This document shows positions 1-13,500 of a stretch of 64,000 nucleotides of DNA, piece after piece. This DNA is from Phoronis australis (lineage: Eukaryota; Animalia; Phoronida): positions 95,320-159,319 of the forward strand of contig NMRA01000733.1 of the NCBI GenBank assembly GCA_002633005.1, written 5' to 3'. Under the pieces are notes generated by a model that had not been told where the DNA came from, searched no databases, and saw only the letters and a program-made list of their open reading frames with translations. The position numbers were made by a program, and so were the translations under genes. How positions within the stretch are numbered: position 1 is the first letter of the stretch; the number at the start of each line of letters is the position of its first letter.

Positions 1-248
1 ATTATGTTTGTATTCAACTAATTACAAAAAAAATTTTTGTAGATGAAAGAGACCTTTGTTTTTGTAACCAGGCTGTAAAATATCAAAAAAATTTCTTATC
101 TTGTGCTTATTTGTATTAATTTATGAACTTAGAAGAATTAGATTATTGAAGAAACTAGTGCCAGTTTAGAGGCATAACTTGGCATTTTGTTCACAACAAG
201 TTTCTTAACAATCTTTCTGTATAATTTGCAAATTTGCCATATTTGCAG

Positions 249-3200
249 GCTTTTGCCAGTCTAGCTGAGTTACAACAGAACCGCAAGACGTACCCCGAGT
301 TCTGTATACCACTGCTAATTGTACCAAGCACCATTAGTAACAATGTTCCAGGCACAGACTTCAGTCTGGGATGTGATACTTCACTAAATGAGATTACTGA
401 TGTGAGTAGTACTGAAGTAAAGATTATTGTTCCAACATTAAGTCTGTCTGATGGCTAGATGAAGGTGTCACAACACAATTGATTCTACGATGCACGGTTT
501 CAAATATGTTACCACTTGTAATATTATTGAAAGGGAAATGAGGCACAGAGGTGCAGCATGGTAGATGGATGTGTTCCTTGTATTTATTGCACAGTTTGGA
601 CAGTTTCACTTGGTAGGTTAGTCACATAATAGAATGACAATCTGGCTGACTCTATCATTGGTTTGATTCCCTGTCTGTGTTCTTTATTTCTCAGATATGT
701 GATAGAATAAAACAGTCAGCTACTGGAACAAAGAGACGTGTGTTCATTGTGGAGACAATGGGAGGCTACTGTGGTTACCTGGCAACCATGAGTGCTCTGG
801 CAGGTGGTGCTGATGCTGCTTACATCTACGAGGAGCCGTTTACTGTCAAAGACCTGCAGAATGATGTGGCTCATCTCAAGTACAAAATGGAGAGTGGTCA
901 TGTGCAGAGAGGATTAATTCTCAGGTGAAAAGGGCCTGCTGCTTAATCATGTACCTGTAAACTGTTTACTGCAATGTTATAAACTTGTTATGTTTAGAGT
1001 CATACATATCCTACTAACCTGAGTTGTTATGTTTTGAGTCGTACATATCATAGCCTGACTTGTTATGTTTAGTGTCATACATATCCTACTAGCCTAATTG
1101 CATTCTGTTGATATTTCCTTGACCCCAACTCAATTCTTTATCCAGTATTTTGCCAAGAGATGAAAGTTTGTTACTGGACAACAGCAACAACAACAACAAC
1201 AAAAATAATAATAAACACTATTTAAAGGAGAATGCCACCCAATTTATTTCGTTTTTTACCATCTTAATCAATTTATGTCCACATCACCTTGTATACAGTT
1301 GATCTCCCCTTGCCGAAAGGTGTTGCGTTAACCTGTGACGAAGGTGAGTACCTGACACAGCGACGTCAGTGTTCTTCAGCTTAGTGTGTGCCACTACAGT
1401 GTGGCATATCATTCCTGCTAGTGCAAACTATGAAGCTGTGTGGAAAGCAGGAATATCATTTTTTTGATTTTCTTGAGAACCTGAAATGCTTCGGAAGTGG
1501 TTCCCGGCAGTAAAAAATGAAAAGCACACAGGTCATACCAAGTATGAGGCTGTGACATATCTGTTGTTTTGTTTCAATGTTTAATAAAATGGAAACAAAG
1601 TGTCTCGACAGACTGTCTCAGTTGACAATTCGTAATGCCTTTGTAATGTTTGTGAGTGCAAATGTTTTGAGAAACCAACAATGAATAAATCACTCTGCGT
1701 TATCGGCTTCAAATGCACCCAAGGCCATGTGAGCTCATGCTTCTTCAGTGTTTGCTGAATGAAAGCTGTTGTAAAACAGTAACTTGATTTTATATCCTAT
1801 GGTCAGGTGTTAGGGGAATCTTTAGATATTCATATACATTTTTCGAATCCTTGTTATTGTACACCTTTTGCCCTGTGCGGTTCTGTGGAAGGGGAACCTG
1901 GCTTCGTGGCCCCTGGCGGGTAAGTAGATTTGCAATTTTGCGACATTTTACCAAAATATTCAGGTTCGTATTATTTCTTTGGTTCACTAGTCTAGTATTT
2001 TCGTGACTGGAAGTTTAATTTTCAACTTTGGCAGCCGGTTTGTGTTCGGGATGTCTCCCGTCCGGCCGCCGGCGACGGGCCTAATCAGGCTCCGAGCCTC
2101 TGGGTTAAAACGAGTGTTTATGTGTTTAGAACTGAAAAAAGTCAGTCTAAAATTACAACACTCGGCTATGCTCTTCTGTATGTGTTTCACAGAAGAATAA
2201 TTTATCACTGAACAGATCCACACACTTCCCACGACCGACCTCGTAAGTTGGCCTACTGAACTTTGTAGGCTATGGTACGTTCAAAATCTCTATAAATCCG
2301 TAACAGCGAAATATAACAACTCGTTTGTTTAAAAACTCGATGTATTTGTAAGGGTTTTGCATCAAAATTTAATGATTTACTGAATCTGATGTAAAGTGAT
2401 GAAGTCGAGCGATAAGCTGACACCACTAAGTGTGTTGTGAGTTGCGGCTGAAGACAGGTAAAAGAACTGAATTTGCTATTATTGAGTGGAACTACTCGAT
2501 CGAAATTGATACAAAAAACGTTCTTTTTTTGGTGGCATTCTCCTTTAAGATATTAACAAGCTTTTATTGTTAGTGGATCACGTGAATCATTGAAACAAAC
2601 TGTAGCTTTTGCCAATCCTTGGAATTGTGCTGAAAGTTAAAAATTGCTACATAGTATACTTACACAGTGTTCCTTACTGTTTGGACAAGCTTTTATCTCA
2701 TGTCATAACTAGTGACAAAATCAGCCAAACTAGCATTGTGTAAAGTAAAATGTTTTTGGCTTGCAGGAATGAGAATGCTAACCCCAACTACAGCACTGAC
2801 TTTATTCACCAGCTGTTTAATGAGGAAGGCAAGGGGGTGTTCACCAGCAGAAAAAATGTCCTGGGACATGTGCAGCAGGTAATGGAATACTGTGTTTTGA
2901 TATTTCTACTGAATCTTAAAGAAAACTAATTTGTTCAAAAGTTTATTCCCATATTTTACAAGAATTCCACCAGGGCCATGGCCACACAACTTTACTCTGA
3001 CTTTTACTTCAAGTTGTACTTATTGGAGTAATCTTTGAGAAATTTTGATGACCAAACTTTACTCAAGTCCATTCAAGGTGCACAGTATTGCCTTACTGTC
3101 CAGAGCTTTAGAATCTTTTACAATTTATAAGTACACATTGGTGTTATATCACCGGTATGCCATTTCGATGTTTCAATATTTCAATGTCTGTTTTCTTGTT

Positions 3201-6200
3201 TTTTGTCTTTTTCATGCTGATAACACTTGCTGCGTGTGTTTTTTTTGTGCTGCTGAAATATTCACTGGAACAAACTGTTAATAAAAGTTCATGATTGATA
3301 TCAGTGGCTCCTGCTGTCTGTAGTTCTTTTTATTGACGGATGTGTATATTTAATCTAAGTGCAGTATCTGGTGTTCAATTTTTCTTTCTGTATATGTCAT
3401 GGCTTTTTCTGTAGTGCTTAGCTAGTGGATTATCTAATTTGGATTAATTAGTTATTATTAATTACTTATTATTAATTAGTTATTATACTTCACAATCAGC
3501 TTGACATGGCCATTACAATGGTCAAATAACACATTTTGTTAATCAACGGGTGTTGAGTAACATTTTGTTAATCAACGGGTGTTGAGTAACATTTTGGCAG
3601 GAACCTGAGGTTGGATTTGAACCCGCTTCACTCGAGTTTCAAGCCAACACCTTAACTGCTGAGCTGTTCATCACCTGACACCATCTTGCATGAAAATAGA
3701 ATACTTAAATGAGGAAGTGCAATAAGCGCATGTTCAACAAACTGCATTTTACCGACATTTATACGTTGTGAAAAATAAAAGGTACAATTTCAATAAAAAC
3801 AAAATCTTTAATTCAGTAAAATTTATCTGTCATTTTCTCTTACTTTTAAATCATCGATCTCCAGTTTAAATGTGGGTAACATGTCGTCGGAAATCTTTGA
3901 CCTTGACATAAAAGTCAGTAACCAGTGGTAACCTACTTTAGCAGACGATATTTTCACTATGGAGGCTTAGCATGATAAGATGTGTAGTAAGCTAGCCTAA
4001 AACTTATTTTATAGATTTATTTTTATTTCTATTTTGTTTAAATTTTCAATTGGTTTTGACTAAAAACATTTTAACAAGAATGACTCGGCATTTCTTAAAA
4101 GGTCACGACCTCTGACCCCGAGACTCTGACGTAGAAAGTAGTTCCAAAGCCAAGGCGAGTCGAGAAAGGTAGATCGATTGATTGCAATGTTTATCATTCA
4201 GTATGTGGTATAAATAGAATTACATGGCGAAGTCGTTATTCTCCTCTAGAGCCTTCGTGGATTTTCAAGAATTATTGCCCTTGGGGCCAAGTCTCCTCAG
4301 GCCTTAATTCTCCAAAATCCACTCGGGCTCTAGATTACGGGGGATAACGAGAACATGTAATAAATCCTTTATTTAGAATAACTCATTCCTATGCCTGTTT
4401 GCTGTTCTTTTGTGACTGGGATCTCTTCGTTAGTTTGTGAATTTTGCGAACTCGTTGTAGGGCGGCGTGGCTTCACCCTATGACCGTAACTCAGGCACAA
4501 AGCTGGGCATGAAGGCATTACATCACCTTTCTGAACAAGTTCTAGCTAATGCCAAGAATGGTAAGAGTTACAGCTCAGAAATTGATTGCTTTTTTTGACA
4601 TAGTTTATTGTTATTATTTTCAAAATGAGTGATTGTCAGAGATTGACTGTGAGTTTGTTTGAAAGGTAGCTATGCTTTGATATTGTGCGTAGATGGAGAG
4701 AGAATAATTAAATCCAGTAATTAATTTATTATATGATAACCACTAATTAGACAAGTGAAACCTGTTGTTAATTAAGTAATCAACTACATTGAAGAGTAAC
4801 TACGCTAGTGCCCTCTTTAAAGATTACTTCAATCAATCAACCAAAATAGTCAAATCTCTTGTCTGCTATCCAAGCTGTAGGACTCTCCACTTGTTGGATG
4901 TCAGTCCTGTTGGTGAATCTTCGAACTACACACACTGTTTTGCGACAGTGTACTTGCTGGTCACAGTCTCTGGTGACGCAACACTTGCAGGCTGTTTCTT
5001 CTACCCACGATTCTTCTTGCTGGTCACAGTCTCTGGTGACGCAACACTTCAGGCAATATCTTACTACCCACGATGCAAGTGACAAGCTCTTAATTAATTT
5101 CCTGTTTGTTAATCCTTGTCCTTGCCAAGATCCTCTTTAGAATCTTCCACGAGATGGCTCTGTTGTACAATTTCCTCTGTTCACTGTAACAAGTCTTTCA
5201 TCTGAATATCTTCTTGATTTTAGCCCATATTATAATATTCTACTTTTTTAGTGATTGGCTAATAAAAACCACTTGATCATATCCAGTCATATCATTGGCT
5301 GTTACAATTTGCTCTCAGAAATTTCTAGAATCTCTAGAGTGCTTTGACCCCAGAACCATCTAAAAGTAGATTTTGACGTTAAAGTACATGTCAACAAGTT
5401 TGACCCCATGATTTAAAAGTACATATGCACAAATTTTGGGCAACTTAAAATGGATCTATTCTTGCTTATTACTTAATCAACATTTATTGTGACAGTAATG
5501 AATGTATCCAGTCTATACTAAGTAGCTGGATATTTCTTATGAAATGCAGTATTGAATCGAGTTGAATTGAGTTGTTTAATAAATAGCTTTCTATTAAAGA
5601 AACGGTGGCATCTTCCTGTTTTTGGATGAAGTCGGCGTGTTTTGCACCATCTAGTGGCCATTTTATGATAGAAATAAACACCCCGAGAAGCATATCGTTT
5701 GCGGTGCATTCAAACGCTCATTGTTGCTCTTGTTTGTTTACAAGTGTAACCTTGCAGTTTTCTCCATACTCTAACATCCAAGTGGGCTTGGGGGGGCATT
5801 CAAAAGTTTCAGCGGCCATTCTAACATGTCTTAAGATGCCACCAAACAGGTCGCAGCGACATGTGTTAGAGAACACTGAGACTCATTATCTGTTGCGCTA
5901 TCTGCTGTGCTATCTGATGTGCTATCCGCTGTGCTATCTGCTGTGCTATCCGCTGTGCTATCCGCTGTGCTATCTGCTGCGCTATCTGTTGTGCTATCTG
6001 TTGTGCTATCTGCCGTGCTATCTGCTGTGCTATCTGTTGCGCTATCTGTTGTGCTATCTGCTGCGCTATCTGATGTGCTATCTGTTGCGCTATCTGTTGT
6101 GCTCTCTGCTGCACTATCTGCTGTGCTATCTGTTGTGCTATCTGCTGTGCTATCTGTTGCGCTATCTGCTGTGCTATCTGTTGCGCTATCTGCTGTGCTA

Positions 6201-8144
6201 TCTGTTGCGCTATGTGCTGCGCTATCTGTTGTGCTATCTGTTGTGCTATCTGTTGTGCCATCTGCTGTGCTATCTGCTGCGCTATCTGTTGTGCTATCTG
6301 TTGTGCTATCTGTTGTGCTATCTGTTGTGCTATCTTCCGTGCTATCTGCTGTGCTATCTGTTGTGCTATCTGCTGTGCTATCTGTTGTGCTATCTGCTGT
6401 GCTATCTGTTGCGCTATCTGCTGTAGTGCTGTGATGTGAAATGCTGCAAGATAAGGCTTCTACCATAATGCTTAACGGTGTTCTCAATAAAAAACTCAAA
6501 AACTTTAATTCAGAAATACTCCTTTGTGGATGCGTGCACAGACATATTGTAGCATGTAGGTGCAACTTAGTATCAAGTATGTTTAGCACATGGCTCTTGT
6601 CAGGGAGTGAAAAAGAACTTTGCTTCATGTGGATATGTGTTTAAAATAACAGAATTGAAGCATTTGGAAAAGAAATGCAGTCCATAAGAAAAGAGTTATC
6701 AGTTGTGTTTTATGAGTGAGAAAGATACCCAGGCATATTTTTGATTTATAGTTAGTTGCTTGAAATCGTGATAGCAAAATATGTCTTACCAAAACAACAT
6801 ACGTATTTTAGAGCAATCCATCAGATTGTCAAAACAAATAAACAGTTAACAAAAATACACCCATGGGTGTACTTTTAGAAAATTTTACAAAAATTGGTCC
6901 ATGGCCGTACTTTTAGGTGGGCGTACTTTTAGGTGTGCATACTTTTAGATGGGACTATTTTCAGAAATTCATGGCATGGACATGTTTCTTATAATGCCAA
7001 ATCTGACATTTGTTAGTACTTGACGTATGCTTCATTAGGATTTGTTGGTACTTGACGTATGCTTCATTAGGATTTATTGGTACTTGACGTATTCTTCATT
7101 TGGATTTGTTGGTACTTGAGGTATGCTTCATTAGGGTTTGTTATCTAAAACATGTGACTAACTGGTTCTCTCTCTGCACAGACGAAGTTTACTGCACCAG
7201 TACTGACACAGCCTGCCTGCTGGGAGTTGAGAGAAGACGCACAGTGTTTAAACCTGTCACTGATCTGATGGCTGAAACAAACTTTGAGTAAGTTAATCGT
7301 CTTGTACCTTAGAACAGGAATTTGCTCAAGAATGAAAAACACTTGTAGTTAGAAATAGTTTCAGATTTTTATGCAGAAGCACCGACATCATTTACATATT
7401 ACTAGAATCACATATTTTAATACTTTCATTTTTTCTATAGTACACCTTATTTGTTTAAGAGTATAGACTATACAGAGACCTAGATATTTCTTTATTTGGC
7501 TGGGTATTAATTTTTTGCATCAAATTTTGAAAATGCTTTGCACTGTGTGTTGAAGAAATCAGTCACAGTTGATTTTCTTGTTTCGTAAATTTTTGATTTT
7601 TTATTCAAAATATGACATTGTGTAATTTGAGCCAACAGGAAACCTCTGGCACACAGCTCTTTGGTGACTTGTTTCCCCCAAATTTAAAATTCTGGTGGTC
7701 AAAGTTTGCAGAGTTAACAAGGAAGACAATTTCTTCCATCCCCGAACACTCATCATTGAACTTTTTTCATATTTATCATATAAACATTCCACAGTTTATT
7801 AATGGTGATTTGATGGCGTAGTGATTGCAGGGGAAAAATGCTTTGAACGCTCTGCTTTAAAATCTCCACCCAAGTTACATGTGAATTGTAGGTGGCATTG
7901 CAAACGGATTTCAACAAGTCGTTGGTATAATCGGAAAACGGCTATTAAATAATACCAGATACCTCATTACAGAAAGCGCTTACCAAAGAAACAGTGGTGG
8001 CTGAGATTACGCCCTCTGTTGAGAGTTCTTGCCAAACACGATGCATTGTATGAGTCAATGGGCATGGATGCTGCTCTGGACCCTGACCCTGTCTCTATGG
8101 ATCTTGTACTTAATGAAGACATAGACGAGTACACCAAGGAGTGA
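249..8144 (+). CDS. PFK: ATP-dependent 6-phosphofructokinase, 3' part; exons 249-401, 695-924, 2767-2878, 4461-4560, 7182-7287, 7973-8144; 5' exons lie upstream of the window
   Basis: All exons are bounded by AG/GT with compatible phases. The spliced peptide has eukaryotic PFK C-terminal-half motifs: [106 protein letters not shown]. Stop TGA at 8142-8144; AATAAA at about 8714. Confidence 0.96.
1226..2544 (+). mobile_element. Non-autonomous Kolobok-type DNA transposon, family A copy 1 (PFK intron)
   Basis: 14-bp TIR AGGAGAATGCCACC / GGTGGCATTCTCCT flanked by TTAA on both sides (1222-1225, 2545-2548). Degenerate THAP-coding relic at about 1390-1560. Collinear with copies at 34583 and 41993. 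Confidence 0.85.
3527..4362. mobile_element. Interspersed repeat with a tRNA-like segment at one end and an imperfect inverted repeat at the other; second copy at about 48480-50290
   Basis: Long shared blocks with 48480-48810 and 50011-50290 (e.g. TCTTTAATTCAGTAAAATTTATCTGTCATTTTCTC; CAGTGGTAA-CTACTTTAGCAGACGATATTTT). Minus-strand GGTTCAAATCC B-box-like motif near 3612-3623. Inverted arms at about 4219-4265 and 4314-4360. Confidence 0.65.
4953..5075. repeat. Two-copy tandem duplication of about 62 bp
   Basis: CTTGCTGGTCACAGTCTCTGGTGACGCAACACTT...CTACCCACGAT occurs twice in tandem. Confidence 0.8.
5886..6423. repeat. 12-bp minisatellite (consensus TGCTATCTGYTG), about 45 copies
   Basis: Directly visible periodicity; produces the low-complexity ORFs (CYLL, DSTA, QQIA, LSAV) in several frames. 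Confidence 0.95.
7008..7143. repeat. About 31-bp tandem repeat, 4 copies
   Basis: Repeated ATTTGTTGGTACTTGACGTATGCTTCATTAGG. Confidence 0.85.
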
Positions 8145-8892
8145 CACTTTAACTATACTGTACCAAAGAACAGATGTCTTTGTTTCTAGCACTAGAAGAC
8201 TTGGCGTGGTTCATCGTTGTCCCCCTTTGGAGGTGTTTCTCAACCTTGGAAATGATTGTTTTGCTCTATCAGCTGGACTTGGAATCGTTCTGCATTTATT
8301 TCAGACGTGATTTGTTGTGAACAATTCTTAATAGTCATCAGTGAATGTCAGTTTGTTCAAATAGGTTTGTGTTAAGTTTTGTTGTGAACAAGGATTAATA
8401 GTCATCAGTGAAATAGGTTTATGTTTTGTTGGAGGATACGTCTTTTTTAAGGACAGTCTCACAATATAAAGCTAAAATGCATTTATTAATTATTTATTTT
8501 GCAGTCTTCTTAAGGTTTGTGGTTAGATTCTCAAAGTTTTGGTTTTAACTTATTGGTTTCTTTGAATTTTAAGTCAACGCCCATTGACTTTTGTGCCAAA
8601 CTACATAGTATGTTAGTGTCACCACTGTCTTCTATGGGGCATGTGTGTGTGTCATGTCTGGTGAATTAGCAGTGCTGAGGAGTGTTGTTTCATTATTTAA
8701 GTGTTTTAGTTTGAATAAAAGTCTGGTGAGTCTAATTCCATTCACTGCGTTTAAATTTACTGGTACAATTCTATCCTCCCAATTAATCTGTTAGCAGCTA
8801 AGTAAGGACTGTGTCATACATTTTAACAAGTTGTAGTAAATCATTACCTCGTTTTCCCATTGAGCTCAACTTGTTCGATTGTATAGCCCAAT

Positions 8893-9105
8893 ATGCGCGC
8901 ACCCAGGGGGGGTCCGCCTCACAGAAACAAAAGGTCTTAGAAAACGAGACAAAAGTCCACTAAAAAGGCACAGACGCACAGTTCACAGACCTGAAGGTGG
9001 TACCCTGTTTTAATGTTTTTAATCCTCCCGCTTGTTTGTTAACAAAAGGTCGACTTTGTCAGAGATTCGAGCCCCTCATATTTAAGGCTGGGTGGGCACA
9101 TGCCC
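8893..9105. mobile_element. Short MITE-like repeat; related inverted copy at about 44232-44475 and a fragment at about 9760-9810
   Basis: Ends GCGCGCACCCAG...GGCTGGGTGGGCACATGCC match in reverse GGCATGCGCACCCAGCC...GGGTGCGCAC at 44232-44475. Confidence 0.5.
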
Positions 9106-10524
9106 AGCAAGAAGTTGGGGGGATGACCCCTGTAGCCAGTTTCTTACACGAATGATTAACTCTGGCATTTATGGTTGGAGGGCCAGCTCTCTTTTGTTCG
9201 ATAATTGCTCTAATCTCTGATAAGATTCTATCTAACCTAACTGGGCTGTGCTGTTAAAAATAAAAGTTAAGTTATAACATATTTGAACACAAACTAATTG
9301 CATTTCTGAATTACTGATCATGTTTAATTTTAAATCACCAAAAAAGCCCAACTGCAACCAGTCTATTCTTTACAAACGTACTGGGTTTGACTTAGCCAGC
9401 CAGCCAGCTATCGTTTAGTATACAGCTTTGCGCCAAGGCTAGGTTTGACTGTGTTCACACGTGTTAGTAATAAGTCTGGTAGATATAATTGGCTTTCTAA
9501 GCAACACAAATTATGGCCGGTCGGACACATTTCTGAAAAAAAAAACTTCAACGCAACGGTTAATTCTCACTGGAAGAGACATACTTGGCTGGTACTAAAC
9601 GACACATTTCTGGGGACTTAGAAAAATTTTAACACAACGTTTCAGAAAGCGACTGGCAAATAAACCAGTGGTCGGACCATTTGGCCGCAGTTCGGGACTG
9701 TGAATGAACAAACCCCGTTAACCGGTTTATCTTTCTTAGTAATAATTAAGGTCTACAGACCTAAAAATTCGAGACCCCTGAACCTACATTTTAGGCTGGG
9801 CGCGCGCATGTGGCGAAATTCTGGTTGTTCCCGGCCTGTGCCATCTGGCCCCCCTAACTCAAAATCCTGGATCCGCCCCTGACGACGTACATATTTCTTG
9901 GTACTTAGAAATTTTTGCAGATACGCAAGGACGCGGATCTGTAGGGGGGACGTACTCCGACCCCGCCTGCGCAGACTGACAGGCGCACTGCGCGGAGGCC
10001 GACTCCTACCGCGTTTCAGTGCTCGCCTTTATTGCATCATAAGTTTTCAGTGCTCTTTGAGAAAGCGACACAAATTGGCGGTAAAAATCGACACATTTCT
10101 TTTGACTCGGGGAAAAGTGTCAACGCAATGTTTCTGAAAGCAACACAAATGGCCAAGTTAACTTGGTCGGCTTACACGGTCGGACCTCGCAGACCAAGTA
10201 GATACCTCCGACCGAGTTGCAAGGTACCGTTGATACCTGAATGCCGTTTGCCATAGTGTTATAATATGAACGGTTCCACCAAATACGCTTTTTTGAAATG
10301 AGATTTCATTTTTATGAGCATGTGGCGCCAAAATAACTCTGGCCGACAAAAATCTTTATTTTAACCTTTTGAACAGGAAATAGAGTACCCGTATATAAGC
10401 AACTGCAAGTGTCATCGGTCAGCCAGGCGGGATGGGAGCACCCAATATAACACACAACGCCACCTATCGAACATTTAGATTTCACATCTTACCTTAATAT
10501 TTTCTTCAAGTTCTGCTTTTCACA

Positions 10525-13500
10525 AGAGAGATATCAACCAACTTTTGCGGCTCAATACACTGTAGTTTTACTTGCAGGTTTACTTGGTCCGGTCTGTCAA
10601 CGGCCGGACCGAGTGCGCTGTGACGTGATCAAACTAGCAGAAACAAAAGATATTTCACTTTTTTGTCCAAAGAACGCTTCTTTTGTTAAAAGTTTCGATA
10701 TCTAGAATCGTTTTTGGTGCTTTTCACTTTTCAAAAACTATTACGTTTTTTGTGTCTCTCACTTGGCTTGACACCACGCTGAGAAGCCGCGACTACCCCC
10801 TAATTCATTGGCAACGGTCTAACGATGTCATTTTGAAAATTCTCAGTAACAAAACTTTCGTCTATATTGTGAGTACTGATTGTTGACATCTTTCTGTTGA
10901 GTCCATAGAATACAATCCGAAGCTATTAGCGTCTCAAAACATTCTTCTAAGTTTTACTAGGGCTGGAGTGGCTATACCTGACTTGTCGAGACAATACTTA
11001 ACGCCAATGAAAAGAAATTAATTTCATTTGACGTGTACCCAACAACTCTAACAAAACCATTACCTCTTCTACGTGTCTCTAGGAAGTTATCAGCCAATTT
11101 TTACGGCTTAATACACTGTAGTTTTGCTTGCAGGTTTATTTGGACCGGTCTGTCAACGGCCGACCGAGTGCCGGCACTAATTAAGACGTCAACTTACCGA
11201 ATCTGAATATTTCAAAGGTTCTTTCAAATTTTCTTTAAAGATCGTTTCTCGTGTTCACATTTTTGACGTGTACAGTTGTTTTTCGTGCTTTTCACGGTTC
11301 AAAAACAATTACAATTTCTTGTATCGTTTTTTAACTAACTTTTACTTCCCTTTGGGCTGGCTACGTATATGGTCCATGCAGCACGTACACTTAACGCCAA
11401 TGAAAAGTAATTTATTTCTGTCGTTTGACATGCACCCAGCAACTCCAACAAAGCCACCCCTTTTACATGTCTTTAGAAAGTTATCAAAAGTTTTCTGCGA
11501 CTCAATACACTTTAGTATTCCTTGCAGGTTTACTTGGTCCGATCTCGTCACAGGCCGGACCGAGTGCGCTGTGACGTCATCAATCTCCCGGGTTGGCGAC
11601 CAGGAAGTCTGGACGATATACTTGACGCCATTGAAAAGAAATTAATTTCATTGACATGTACCCAGCATCTCCAACAAAAGCTTTAACTCTTCTACGTGCC
11701 TCTAGAAAGTTATCAACCAACTTTTACGGCTTAATACACTGTAGTTTTGCTTGCAGGTTTACTTGGTCCGGTCTGTCGACAGCCGGACCGAGTGTGCTGT
11801 GATGTGCTCAAACTAGCAGAATCACTAGACATTTCGCTTTTTGTCCAAAGAACACTTCTTTTGTTTAAATTTTCGATATCTAGAATCGTTTCTTTGTGCT
11901 ATTCACTGTTCAAAAACAATTACCTTTCTTGTACTCGTTCACTTTGTGCTGCCGTCGGTGCCAACTCTCAGACAACGGTCTATCGACGTACGTTTAACAA
12001 ATTCACAAAGTCAAATTTTTCGTCTATATTTATGATTGATCGTTGACAACTTCAAGGCGAATCCTAGGATACAGTCATACCCTACTTGCGTCGCACTAAA
12101 GCATGAAGTTTCTTTTTTTAAATTGCACTTAGTCTGTCTACAAAAGGTCCGGACACAATACATGTACTTAACGCCAATGGAAAGTTCATTTATTTCGTTT
12201 GACATGTACCCAGGAGCTCCAACAAAGCCATTACCCCTTCTACGTGTCTCTACAAACTTATTAACCATTTTTATGACTCAATACAGTGTACTTTCCTTGC
12301 AGGTTTACTTGGTCCGGTCTCGTCGCTTGCCGGACCGTGCGCTGTGACGTCATCAAACTCGACGAATCGGAATATTTCGTTAGTTATTTCACTTTTCCTT
12401 CAAACAGCGCTTTTTCTAGTCGCATTGTCCATGTCTAAAATAGTTGATCATGCTGTTTACTGAACAAAAACCATTACGTTTTTTTGTATCGTTCACTTGG
12501 CTTGACACCGCGAGTATCAGTTGGCACCGCCTTGACCACTCCTAAGACAACGGTTTTCCGACGAACGTTTTGAAAATTTTCAGTGGCAAATTTTTCGTCT
12601 ATAATTGTAATTACTGATAGTTGACAAGTTCATGCTGATTCCACATAATCCCACTCTATTTGTAGTTCAGACTAAATCTTTAAATTCGTTTAAGTTTTAC
12701 TTTGGCTGACCGTGAGGTCCACTGACGACAAAATTGATGTCCATGAAAAGTAATTAATTTAATTTGTACTCAGCAGGTCCAAAAAAACCTTCAGGTTTAC
12801 CTGGTCCCGCGGTCTTGTCACCTGCCAGGAAACTACAGTGTATTAAGCCGTAAAATTGGTTAAAACCTTTGGGGAGACACGTAGATGATGTGCTTTTTGT
12901 AGCTACTGGGTACAAATCAAATGAATTCCTTTTCATTGCCTGCAATTATCTCGTTTCGACAGCTATAGGCTCCTAGTAAACAACATCCGAGATTGATGAT
13001 GACGTCACAGCGCACTCGGTCCGGACACCGGTTGACACTGAGACCGGACCAAGTAAACCTGCAAGGAAAACTACAAAATTGGTTGTTAACTTTCTAGAGA
13101 CACGTAGAAGAGGCTACCGTTGTCTGAGTTCACTGGTCACCGTGACGGCGGCGCAATGACTCGTGGTTTCAAGCCAACTAAGTGAACAACTGAGAAATTG
13201 TAATTATTTTTGAACCGTGACTGAAGAGCACAAAAAACGACTGTAGACTCCAAAAATGTGAACAGGAAAAGCGATCTTTGAGGAAAACTTGAAAGAACTT
13301 ATTACATATTCAGATTCCGCGAGTTTTATCACGTCTGAACGCACTTGGTCCGGCCGTTGACAGACCAGACCAATTAAGTAAACCTGCAAGCAAAACTAAA
13401 GTGTACGTATTGGGCAGTGAAAATTGGTTGAAAACTTTCTAGAGACAGGCATGTAGAAGAGTTAAAGGTTTTGTTCGCGAAGATGGGTACATTTCAAATG

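Noticed and set aside
3599-3670. Functional tRNA gene
   Set aside because: A- and B-box-like motifs are present, but there is no clean acceptor or anticodon stem and the two copies differ strongly; treated as repeat-derived.
5605-6628. Long ORFs of 273, 265, 175 and 131 aa in several frames
   Set aside because: They arise from a 12-bp minisatellite lacking stops in those frames, inside a PFK intron; there is no splice or domain support.
8142-8150. Stop-codon readthrough of PFK (TGA-C)
   Set aside because: The context is TGA CAC rather than the strong TGA CTA G motif, and there is no other evidence for an extension.
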